IMG/VR virus record: IMGVR_UViG_3300025308_000004
Location: 1 to 50,743 of that record
DNA from: a virus
Lineage: Duplodnaviria > Caudoviricetes
Strand: one strand, 5' to 3'
DNA: 50,743 nt
In this document: one piece after another, positions 38,516 to 45,604 of the stretch
How the letters are laid out: every line of letters begins with the position of its first letter
Position numbering within the stretch: the first letter of the stretch is position 1
Program-made: the position numbers and the translations under genes
Notes under the pieces: model-generated
Database searches by the model: none
Told to the model about the DNA's origin: nothing
The model's input: only the letters and a program-made list of their open reading frames with translations

Positions 38516-38579
38516 TTTCATCTCCTATGCCCCGATTCCATGAGGCGCTGGCCGTTTCCGTGTTTGGATTCGATGGCTC

Positions 38580-38607
38580 ATTATACCGACATTACGCCGT
38601 AATGCAA
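38580..38607 (-). promoter_or_regulatory. Promoter TTGCAT-16-TATAAT with overlapping palindromic operator CATTACG-C-CGTAATG (38590-38604)
   Basis: Perfect -10 box and perfect 7-bp inverted repeat. Confidence 0.7.
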
Positions 38608-38765
38608 GAACTTTCGCAACTATTTTTTGCGCCCCTTTTGCGCCTTCTACGCACAAGCCCTGCACCTTGCCTGCCTAGCCCTGTTCTGTAGCCTGAAAAT
38701 AACCTCTGCGGGCGCGGAACAGCCTAGATTCTGGCATTTGCGCTTTGACTCTGGTGGGGTTGGTG

Positions 38766-38960
38766 TCATTTCGGCTCAATCCTATATTCGCACTCAAAAA
38801 CGACAATCTCTGGCGGACTCATCATCCAAACGCGCATCGGGTCTGGCGGAGGTGATGTTCTGCGCAGGCAATCATCGCAGCCCTCGCGCCAATACCATAC
38901 GCCATCCTCTTCGCTTCCGACTCCGGGGCATCGGGCTACGTCATTCGGAAGATTTGCCAT
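38766..38960 (-). CDS. Small Cys-containing phage protein
   Basis: GGAGG RBS; LPNDVARCPG...CDDCLRR. Confidence 0.6.
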   Translation of the reverse strand: MANLPNDVARCPGVGSEEDGVWYWREGCDDCLRRTSPPPDPMRVWMMSPPEIVVFECEYRIEPK

Positions 38961-39351
38961 AATACTCAATCGCCTCCTCTGCAAGAATCCTAACCTCGGT
39001 CGCGCCCAGCGTTCTTTTGGCAGATTCACGCAGGCTATCAACAAAATCGCGGCCATACAGATCGATCATTTTCAGCGTGTATTCTCTGATATGAAACTCT
39101 TTTCGGAACGTGTTGCACCCGCAACAGGCCGGTTTCAAGTTCTCTTCAAGCCATCGCGATGCCTTTTTCCCGCGCTCGATATAGTGCGCGCAATGTGCGT
39201 CTTTCCAGTGCAATCCGGTATCGCATGATATGCAGGTCACATATCCGGCGTGGTCTGCGTATTTCTGCCTGATGTATAGGCTCGCCAGTCGGTCTGCCTT
39301 TTCGATCAGCGTAGACAGTTTTACGCGCTTTGATTTGGTCTTTTGTTTCAC
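38941..39351 (-). CDS. ninG: NinG/Rap-like endonuclease
   Basis: YIR...CISC...AHYI.RG...N....C..CN pattern, nin-region position. Confidence 0.8.
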   Translation of the reverse strand: MKQKTKSKRVKLSTLIEKADRLASLYIRQKYADHAGYVTCISCDTGLHWKDAHCAHYIERGKKASRWLEENLKPACCGCNTFRKEFHIREYTLKMIDLYGRDFVDSLRESAKRTLGATEVRILAEEAIEYYGKSSE

Positions 39352-39548
39352 TCTATTTCCTTCGCCATGAATCTATCAGAATACACACATACAGTCACGC
39401 CAGAAACATACCGCGCGCGCTCAACTGGAGTTTTTGCGGCTCTGCATGATCTATATCCTTGGCGTGCCATTTCCTTTTCTACCTTCGAATCGCCAATGTA
39501 TGCGTTGAGGCAGTTTCGGCAGATTTTATCCTGTGAGCTTGCGGTCAT
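39348..39548 (-). CDS. Small Cys-containing protein
   Basis: CRNC motif; overlaps the ninG start. Confidence 0.55.
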   Translation of the reverse strand: MTASSQDKICRNCLNAYIGDSKVEKEMARQGYRSCRAAKTPVERARYVSGVTVCVYSDRFMAKEIE

Positions 39549-39621
39549 TTTTATGTGTAAAACTCGACTATAGCCAGATTAGGCACCTGCGCAGGTGCAT
39601 ATCACACGTTAGGAGACTTAT

Positions 39622-39945
39622 ATGGACGATATGAAGGTTCTCGAAAAGGATGGCGTAATCGACCATGACGCAATAGAAACAATAGTTCGCGTACAGGTGT
39701 TAGAAGCCATCGTTTCGTTGCAGTCCAACGCGTTGGTGGCGGCCCTATCTCTTTTTGAAGACGCAGAGCGAACTCGGCAGCTGAAGGGAATGGAAGATCG
39801 GCTAAAAGAGATTGAGGCTGATTACAAGACGATTTACATGACATCGCTATCTCCAATGGATTCTGATTATTCGGCAGAGTTGATTCAAGAAGTTCTCTCT
39901 GGTTATTTTGCTCAAATGCGTCGATCACTTGGCATCCACTCCTAA
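39622..39945 (+). CDS. Cassette A1 ORF (canonical orientation), hypothetical
   Basis: AGGAG RBS within the core site; stop TAA lies in the R'' box TCCTAAC. Confidence 0.7.
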   Translation: MDDMKVLEKDGVIDHDAIETIVRVQVLEAIVSLQSNALVAALSLFEDAERTRQLKGMEDRLKEIEADYKTIYMTSLSPMDSDYSAELIQEVLSGYFAQMRRSLGIHS

Positions 39946-39999
39946 CCTTACGTTCAACCCGGACCCCGCGAAGCGGGGCCGGTTACTTCCACGTTATGC
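39940..39999 (+). other. attC site A1 (60 nt)
   Basis: TCCTAAC-CTTAC-GTTCAACC...GGTTACT-TCCAC-GTTATGC with GC-rich central hairpin. Confidence 0.88.
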
Positions 40000-40003
40000 G
40001 TCT

Positions 40004-40240
40004 TCATGCCGCGCGCCCCTGCATGAATTCCTGAATGGTGCTCGGCTCCATGTATTCCAACGCGTGTGTCGGGTGGTACAGCCCTGACCTGCGACGGCCC
40101 GCTATGCGGATGCGCAAATACTTCCCCTTTGACCCCGTGATTGTTCCTGGAATGCCGACACCATCGTCCAGCATCACCCTCACATCACCGCCGCGCTTTG
40201 CTGGCACGCCATAGGTCTTGCGTATATATTCCATGCTCAT
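40004..40240 (-). CDS. Cassette A2 ORF (antisense), phage-type hypothetical
   Basis: GGAG RBS; MEYIRKTYGVPAKRGG...YHPT. Confidence 0.75.
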   Translation of the reverse strand: MSMEYIRKTYGVPAKRGGDVRVMLDDGVGIPGTITGSKGKYLRIRIAGRRRSGLYHPTHALEYMEPSTIQEFMQGRAA

Positions 40241-40264
40241 TATTGTTTCTCCGTATCACCGGCC

Positions 40265-40436
40265 GCCGAACCCGACACTCCAAGCGCCCTCCGGCATCTG
40301 CACTCTATTCGCCTGTCTTGGAGTGCAGCATCCGCACTGCCCTGCTATTTGAGGGTGAGGCTACCAATTTCTCCACCACTGCCATTGTTCAACCAATGCC
40401 TAAAGCCGCGCAAGGCACCTTAGCTACACGTTAGAA
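40265..40436 (+). other. Degenerate or composite attC A2
   Basis: GCCGAAC-CCGAC-ACTCCAAG left half and CCTTAGC-TACAC-GTTAGAA right half, 172 nt overall with poor pairing. Confidence 0.45.
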
Positions 40437-40604
40437 CGCATCGTATCGCGTCATGTACAGCACGCCATTATACAGATACCAGACCGCAGTTATTTGGCCG
40501 TGTCGCTCAGTGATCTTCTTTCCGAACAACCGAAGTTTCAGCATGAACCAGAAACTTGGATCGAATGTGCTCTTGCACGGAAACTGGAAATATTGTTCGT
40601 TCAT
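40431..40604 (-). CDS. Cassette A3 ORF (antisense), hypothetical
   Basis: GGAGG RBS; stop codon is the TTA of core site GTTAGAA. Confidence 0.6.
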   Translation of the reverse strand: MNEQYFQFPCKSTFDPSFWFMLKLRLFGKKITERHGQITAVWYLYNGVLYMTRYDAF

Positions 40605-40623
40605 TTCTTCCTCCACAAATGCG

Positions 40624-40683
40624 CCCTAACCATACGGTCAAGGCGGACTCCGCTACTCTCCGCCGCTTACCTTTTCGTTAGCC
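40624..40683 (+). other. attC site A3 (60 nt)
   Basis: CCCTAAC-CATAC-GGTCAAGG...GCTTACC-TTTTC-GTTAGCC. Confidence 0.8.
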
Positions 40684-40973
40684 GGCAACACTCCGAGCGC
40701 CTGCGCTTGCTCAACCGTCACCAACATTTGAGGGGGGCTTCGGCTGTGCAACGCCACAAGTCTGTCCACGTAGGGCTTCGCCGCCTTGGCGTAGCTCTCT
40801 TGCAGCATCGCCAAGGTTTCTCGCAGGTAGCGTTCCTCAGATGCGTCCGCGCAATCGCGGAAGGCATAGCGGCGCTCGCACGGCGTCGGCGGGCTGTCGT
40901 CCGGGTGGCAGGTGCATTGCCGGCTAACAGTTACGTCAACCGGACCTTGCGCCGGAATCAGCGTTTCACTCAT
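40653..40973 (-). CDS. Cassette A4 ORF (antisense), starts in attC A4 and stops in attC A3
   Basis: AGGAGG RBS and ATG in the attC loop; CTCHPDD.P.PC motif. Confidence 0.7.
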   Translation of the reverse strand: MSETLIPAQGPVDVTVSRQCTCHPDDSPPTPCERRYAFRDCADASEERYLRETLAMLQESYAKAAKPYVDRLVALHSRSPPQMLVTVEQAQALGVLPANEKVSGGE

Positions 40974-41020
40974 GATTTACCTCCTGTGCCGGCGCAAGGC
41001 CGGTTACGTCAGCGTTGGGC
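40922..41020 (+). other. attC site A4 (99 nt)
   Basis: GGCTAAC-AGTTA-CGTCAACC-GGACCTTGCGCCGG...CCGGCGCAAGGCC-GGTTACG-TCAGC-GTTGGGC; 12-nt perfect complementarity between cassette start and R'' flank. Confidence 0.88.
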
Positions 41021-41271
41021 GTCAGGGCATCGCGAGCAAATTGATTCCGCTGCGCTCCTGTCATGTATTCGCTATCCTCTGTTTCGCACAATTGCACCAG
41101 GACGGCTTCGCGCAGCCGGTATATTTCTTCTCTCGCATCTTTCAGTAACACCACACCATCGCGCTGCAACATGTGCGGCGATAGTTGGCGAAGATGCGCT
41201 TCGATTCTTTCGAGCACGCCCAACCCTACGGTCGAGCCGGACTCCTCACTACGCTTCGCTTCGTTCGTCAC
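40966..41271 (-). CDS. Cassette A5 ORF (antisense), starts in attC A5 and stops in attC A4
   Basis: GGAGG RBS from the attC L'/R' spacer, GTG start. Confidence 0.65.
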   Translation of the reverse strand: MTNEAKRSEESGSTVGLGVLERIEAHLRQLSPHMLQRDGVVLLKDAREEIYRLREAVLVQLCETEDSEYMTGAQRNQFARDALTPNADVTGLAPAQEVNHE

Positions 41272-41292
41272 CGCTCACCTCCATCGTTCGGC
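41218..41292 (+). other. attC site A5 (75 nt)
   Basis: GCCCAAC-CCTAC-GGTCGAGC...GCTCACC-TCCATC-GTTCGGC. Confidence 0.82.
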
Positions 41293-41294
41293 AC

Positions 41295-41323
41295 GTGTTC
41301 CCCACTCGCGTGGGGATGAACCG
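41295..41323 (+). CRISPR. Solitary type I-E-like CRISPR repeat (not an array)
   Basis: GTGTTCCCCACTCGCGTGGGGATGAACCG: 29 nt, 7-bp stem, 4-nt loop, ATGAACCG handle; 23/29 identical to the E. coli I-E repeat as I recall it; no second copy seen. Confidence 0.75.
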
Positions 41324-41329
41324 TTTTGC

Positions 41330-41878
41330 TTATAGTTGTATACTTTCTTTCAGCCAATCCGAATATGGTATGCGGATATTCTGGTGAAATTTATCGGCAG
41401 CATCTTCGTTATTGTCCAATTCTGCGCGGCTTTCAATGTCGCAAAATACTAGGATGGCATGGCGGCAGAATTCCTGCCAGTTCGCCACCGTGATTCCGAT
41501 TTCCATATCGCCATGCCCCAGCCCGTTCCCGCCTAATTCTCGGTCGTAGATTGGCCTGATCCATTGGTAAAACGATAAATCATTGCACCACATGCCGGCC
41601 AGCTTCGCCAGCGCGCCGCCTTTGGCTGAATGCTCGACTTTCTGCGCGACTGGCTCTATCGGCTGGTCATCGTCTCCCACTTCGATCAGCACCGCCATAA
41701 AGCGTTGCCCTGCCGTGTTCCCCTTCTTCGCGGTCATGCCCTTGAATGGCTCAAGCGCAGCCGAATCAGGTAGCCAGAAGGTAATCTTCGCCCCTGCCGT
41801 GTGGCTCTCCTGCCAGCCGGCCAGCATGATTTCACCCTGAAAACTCGGTTTTATACTCACTGCAATTTCCTCCACCAA
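41330..41878 (-). CDS. Conserved-looking phage hypothetical protein
   Basis: LAGMWCND..F and IESRAELDN motifs; nin-like region; start uncertain. Confidence 0.7.
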   Translation of the reverse strand: MVEEIAVSIKPSFQGEIMLAGWQESHTAGAKITFWLPDSAALEPFKGMTAKKGNTAGQRFMAVLIEVGDDDQPIEPVAQKVEHSAKGGALAKLAGMWCNDLSFYQWIRPIYDRELGGNGLGHGDMEIGITVANWQEFCRHAILVFCDIESRAELDNNEDAADKFHQNIRIPYSDWLKESIQL

Positions 41879-42066
41879 GCCCGAAACGCCGCAGGGTCGT
41901 AATATGCTTTCCCCCTGTGCCTTAATTTCGGCTCTGGCGCACCGTGAGCAGCCAATCGTCCGCGAAGCTGCGCCATCGTTACACCAAACTCTGCGGCGAA
42001 CTCTAGCGCGGTTCTGAGCGGCTTGTTGCCGCGCTCTCGGGGTGCGTTGTAGTGGGATAAATTCAT
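41857..42066 (-). CDS. Small HTH (excisionase/AlpA-like) protein
   Basis: EFAAEFGVT...PEP...YYDP pattern. Confidence 0.55.
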   Translation of the reverse strand: MNLSHYNAPRERGNKPLRTALEFAAEFGVTMAQLRGRLAAHGAPEPKLRHRGKAYYDPAAFRAWWRKLQ

Positions 42067-42338
42067 TGTGCCGCTCCTGGTTGTATTTCCTTCGCTTCCT
42101 CTATCAGCCTAACCTGCTCCCGCAATCGCTCGATATCACGGTCAATATCGGTAGTGTTCTTTCCGCCTGCTATGTATAGCTCGCGTATCCAGATTAGGTT
42201 AGTTAGCATTCTGGACTTTAGGCAGGCTGGTTTGTTTTGCACAGCTTCCTCAATTAGTGCCGCGTTTAGCACATTAACTTGCGCGGCTTCAAGCTTCAAC
42301 AGGTGATGCAGTCGGCTAAAAAATACTGCACCAAGCAT
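42063..42338 (-). CDS. Hypothetical protein
   Basis: ORF coupled to next gene; start uncertain. Confidence 0.45.
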   Translation of the reverse strand: MLGAVFFSRLHHLLKLEAAQVNVLNAALIEEAVQNKPACLKSRMLTNLIWIRELYIAGGKNTTDIDRDIERLREQVRLIEEAKEIQPGAAQ

Positions 42339-42349
42339 GTGTAATACTG

Positions 42350-43954
42350 TTATTCGAGCATGGATAAAATATCGGTCTGCCGGTAAGAGCGCGAGCCTTT
42401 ATGCGAGCCAAACAATGATCCTTGACTTAGTTCTCGTTCAATCCTCGCGCTTGCTGCCTTGAAAAAATCTTTCTTGATCTCAAAACCATAGGCTTCACGC
42501 TCAGACCTGATGGCAGCGATTATTGTTGATGCGCTACCAGCGCACGGGTCGATAATAACATCGCCTGGATCGGTGAATATTGAAATCAATCGCTCGATCA
42601 ATCGAACAGGTTTTTGAGTGTTGTGCGATACGCCAATTTCAGTGTCAAACGCAGGAATGCCATCAATTGTCAGATTGTAAACTCGCGTTTTTTGATGGAT
42701 AATTTTTACGCTTCCAACCTTTTGCAGTAAGAACTTTTCTTGTTTCAATGCTTTTTTGACAGAAGCATTTTTTGCATAGCTTCCCGTTAATCCAGCCTCT
42801 TGAAAAGTACCAATGTTCTTTTGTTGCTGGCTTGAACTCGCCACAGACTGAACACGGCTTTTCCCATTCTCCATCGACAAGTCTGCAACCAGAGTGCAGC
42901 CGCTTATGTTCAAGGGGCGTGACAAGTTGCAAATTGGAAATATTGTTGTTTGTTTTGTCGAAATCCTTGTGATGAACCTGCATACCGAGCGGTAATTTAC
43001 CATTATGCCGCTCCCAAACAAGGCAATGTTCGAGGCGAAGCTTTCCTTCTTCGTCTTTTTCAAATCGCAAATATCCCTTGGGGGTTTTTTTGTATTCTTT
43101 TCGCATGTAATCTCCGTTTTGTGTAATTGCTTAGGCTTCTGCGTATTATACACAGAAACGTTACTCAATACAAAATCGGATGTCTTTATTTGATCGGCAT
43201 TTACCCAAAATATGCCACCACCTCTTTTTATTAAAAACGGATGGTTCCATGTTGCTACGGTTTTATACTCGCCGCATTTTATTTCAACTAGTTTTTCGGC
43301 GTCATGCTGCGTGATGTGTGAGACAGTTCCGTATCTATTTGAATCTCCAACTTTTACGTCTTCGATTTTTACCCATAAGCCATTAAAAAATACCATTTCT
43401 CCTGCTGGAAGGCACGGATGGATCTTCTCGCTGTTGGTATCGTTCTCCCATGGTATTGCATTAAAAATCATCTTCCCGTGATTGTTGAATTTTGGGAGCT
43501 TGTCGCGGTACAGAATCAGCCCGTATTCGCAGTTTCCGACGACACGCATATTTGCCTTGAGCACCTGCGCGCTTGAATTCTTTACGAACACAAGATTGAT
43601 GTAATTATTCAGGCCATGCTTCTTCGCCTCTTCGATCAACTGGAATTGCTGATCGAACGCACAGAACACAATCATGCATGGAGCCTTGCCTGTTTCTTTT
43701 GGCTCAGGTATCAGCATCTTCGAGCAAAAATGCAAAAATTCTGGTATGCGAAAATCTTTATCGGTGTCGAAGAATTCTTTGTTTGCCAATGCGCTTTCGC
43801 CGTTTTTTATGTCGCCGCCCTCATACCACTCAACCGACGAACCGTAGGCTTTTTTCCCAACGTTATACGGAATGTCCGCAATAATGAGCTGCGCCTTTTT
43901 AATGGCGTAACGCTTCGAGTTTTGGAAGTGATCGTTAAAAAGTTCGTGCTTCAT
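42350..43954 (-). CDS. Beta-class N6-A/N4-C DNA methyltransferase interrupted by an intein
   Basis: DIPY (motif IV), HP|TQKP split by the insert, IIDPCAGSAST (motif I), YGFEI. Confidence 0.88.
   Translation of the reverse strand: MKHELFNDHFQNSKRYAIKKAQLIIADIPYNVGKKAYGSSVEWYEGGDIKNGESALANKEFFDTDKDFRIPEFLHFCSKMLIPEPKETGKAPCMIVFCAFDQQFQLIEEAKKHGLNNYINLVFVKNSSAQVLKANMRVVGNCEYGLILYRDKLPKFNNHGKMIFNAIPWENDTNSEKIHPCLPAGEMVFFNGLWVKIEDVKVGDSNRYGTVSHITQHDAEKLVEIKCGEYKTVATWNHPFLIKRGGGIFWVNADQIKTSDFVLSNVSVYNTQKPKQLHKTEITCEKNTKKPPRDICDLKKTKKESFASNIALFGSGIMVNYRSVCRFITRISTKQTTIFPICNLSRPLNISGCTLVADLSMENGKSRVQSVASSSQQQKNIGTFQEAGLTGSYAKNASVKKALKQEKFLLQKVGSVKIIHQKTRVYNLTIDGIPAFDTEIGVSHNTQKPVRLIERLISIFTDPGDVIIDPCAGSASTIIAAIRSEREAYGFEIKKDFFKAASARIERELSQGSLFGSHKGSRSYRQTDILSMLE
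42620..43414 (-). mobile_element. Intein (265 aa, residues 181-445)
   Basis: Starts CLPAGEMV, block B VATWNHPFL, ends VYNLTIDG...VSHN followed by Thr. Confidence 0.88.
42663..43106 (-). CDS. HNH endonuclease nested out of frame within the intein
   Basis: EHCLVWERHNG...VHHKDFDKTNNNISNLQLVT..EH; own GGAG RBS; C-terminal CxxC pairs. Confidence 0.85.
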   Translation of the reverse strand: MRKEYKKTPKGYLRFEKDEEGKLRLEHCLVWERHNGKLPLGMQVHHKDFDKTNNNISNLQLVTPLEHKRLHSGCRLVDGEWEKPCSVCGEFKPATKEHWYFSRGWINGKLCKKCFCQKSIETRKVLTAKGWKRKNYPSKNASLQSDN

Positions 43955-44009
43955 GTTATCCCCTACTATCGTTCCGACACTCTACACTAAGCAACAATTT
44001 TATGCTGAT

Positions 44010-44180
44010 TTATTTTGCAGATTTCTTAATAAACATATCCGCCGCAGATAGCGCCTTGCGCAGCACCTCAATCGGCAAATCAATATCGGCTTCCTTGTGC
44101 GGTACACCGTTCCAAATCAGCACCCGTCCGCCGACAAGTTGGATGGTTACGTCCTCAACTTCGAATGTTATGCTGCCCAT
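44010..44180 (-). CDS. Hypothetical protein (56 aa), not in the ORF track
   Basis: GGAGG RBS, TAATG overlap. Confidence 0.55.
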   Translation of the reverse strand: MGSITFEVEDVTIQLVGGRVLIWNGVPHKEADIDLPIEVLRKALSAADMFIKKSAK

Positions 44181-44635
44181 TATTTCCTCCGTTGCGCTAC
44201 TGATTCCAGCTCATTGTAAAAAGCGCGATACTTTGCTGTGCGCTCGAAGTCTTTAATCCCTGGATCTTTGATACGCCTAATATCGCTGTTGTGTCGAAGG
44301 TCTGCCATCTTTACGATAACTGCGTCAGGGTTTGCCTTCACCGCTGATTTATATTCTTCGTAGCTCTGGCCGCGATGCTTTGTCATCGCCATAATCCCTG
44401 AAATAACTCGTTCACTAAATCCGAGTTCGCGCAAATGCTGTGCTGTGACATCGGTATCTTCAAACAAATCATGCCCGATTGCTATCTGACCGAGTTCGTC
44501 ATCGCTATCTCTTGGCAAATAGTGTAGCACCTTCATGCAATGAAGGATGTACGGACGGCCAGATTTATCCAGAATGTTTTTAAATTTATCGGCTGCAATC
44601 GCAATCATCATCGCGAGCTGTTTACTTTGTTCCAT
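44180..44635 (-). CDS. HD-domain hydrolase, SpoT/Mesh1-like (small alarmone hydrolase-like)
   Basis: DKSGRPYILH, HDLFEDT, VKMADLRHN. Confidence 0.8.
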   Translation of the reverse strand: MEQSKQLAMMIAIAADKFKNILDKSGRPYILHCMKVLHYLPRDSDDELGQIAIGHDLFEDTDVTAQHLRELGFSERVISGIMAMTKHRGQSYEEYKSAVKANPDAVIVKMADLRHNSDIRRIKDPGIKDFERTAKYRAFYNELESVAQRRK

Positions 44636-44789
44636 TTTTCATTCTCCGTTGCGCTGCGATGATGTCCTTTACCCTTGATTCAGATAGGCCGTAGATCAAT
44701 GCGATGCTTTTCTGGCGCATTTCGTCCTCGGTGAATAGGCGGTGTATTTCGGCGTTTCTGGCGGCGTAGGATTGGCGTATGGTTTTCAT
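44622..44789 (-). CDS. Small HTH (Mor-like) protein, 55 aa, not in the ORF track
   Basis: RNAEI...IALIYGLSESRVKDII; ATGA overlap. Confidence 0.5.
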   Translation of the reverse strand: MKTIRQSYAARNAEIHRLFTEDEMRQKSIALIYGLSESRVKDIIAAQRRMKNGTK

Positions 44790-45604
44790 TCTGCCGAACC
44801 CCTGTAGCTATCCCAATTAAACGGCACACAAGCCCCACCATCCTCTCGCAATCGGTCGAACACGCGCTCGCCTAGAAAAACTTTTACCTCGCTTGGCGAT
44901 AGGTTAGAAAGCAGTAAAGTCGGCAACCTGTTTTCGTATCGCTCGTTCAAAACGTCGAACATCGCATTACGCTCAAAATCGCTACCGAACTGCACCCCGA
45001 TCTCGTCGATAATCAGCAAATCAGGCGACGAAAACAGCGACACAACATCGCTTTCAGATTCGTCTGAATCTTTGCGCCATGCGTCCTTGATTCTGCGCAT
45101 CATGCGTTGCACAGTGGTAAACAGCACGATCCCGCCGCGATTCATTACCGACAAGCCGATTCCTACTGACAAGTGCGTTTTCCCAGTACCCGGCTTTCCG
45201 CAAAATATCGCGCTTCGCCCGGTCTTTGAAACTTCGCTGAACTTTTCCGCGTACTCAGTCGCGAAAGCATGCGCGCTTTTCTGGCCTTCGTTCTTTGCTT
45301 CGAATTTTTCCAGTGTGCGATCAGTGAATCGAACAGGAATACCGGATTCACCAAGCCTTCGTTCCCATTGCCGCTGCTTTTCGGCGGCATCTCTGTCCCG
45401 CTCTGCGCGATCAGCATTTTCCATTTCAATCGCAGTGCATGCAGGGCATTTCGTCCACACTGAACCGAACACGTTTCGGCTATCAAACTCCCCATGCGTT
45501 TCGCAGGTTGCTTTGCGTGGTATCGGGTCGATCATCATCAACTTCAATTTACCCAACGATACCGGCTCTTCGTCTTCAATTTCAAAACTGTTTGCGTTGT
45601 TCAT
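44786..45604 (-). CDS. DnaC/IstB-like AAA+ helicase loader
   Basis: GKPGTGKT, LLIIDEIG, NERYEN.LPT...SNL, GERVFDRL. Confidence 0.9.
   Translation of the reverse strand: MNNANSFEIEDEEPVSLGKLKLMMIDPIPRKATCETHGEFDSRNVFGSVWTKCPACTAIEMENADRAERDRDAAEKQRQWERRLGESGIPVRFTDRTLEKFEAKNEGQKSAHAFATEYAEKFSEVSKTGRSAIFCGKPGTGKTHLSVGIGLSVMNRGGIVLFTTVQRMMRRIKDAWRKDSDESESDVVSLFSSPDLLIIDEIGVQFGSDFERNAMFDVLNERYENRLPTLLLSNLSPSEVKVFLGERVFDRLREDGGACVPFNWDSYRGSAE

Larger units (their letters stand above)
39608..41292 (+). mobile_element. Integron-type gene cassette array A (5 cassettes, no integrase)
   Basis: Core GTTAGGA at 39608, four well-formed attC and one degenerate; cassette starts are complementary to their own R'' boxes. 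Confidence 0.85.

Noticed and set aside
40494-41387. 297-aa plus-strand ORF across array A
   Set aside because: TTG start without RBS, crosses three attC sites and the CRISPR repeat, low-complexity Arg/Leu composition; not integrase-like
41230-41390. CRISPR mini-array around the solitary repeat
   Set aside because: No second, even degenerate, repeat seen one spacer length away on either side
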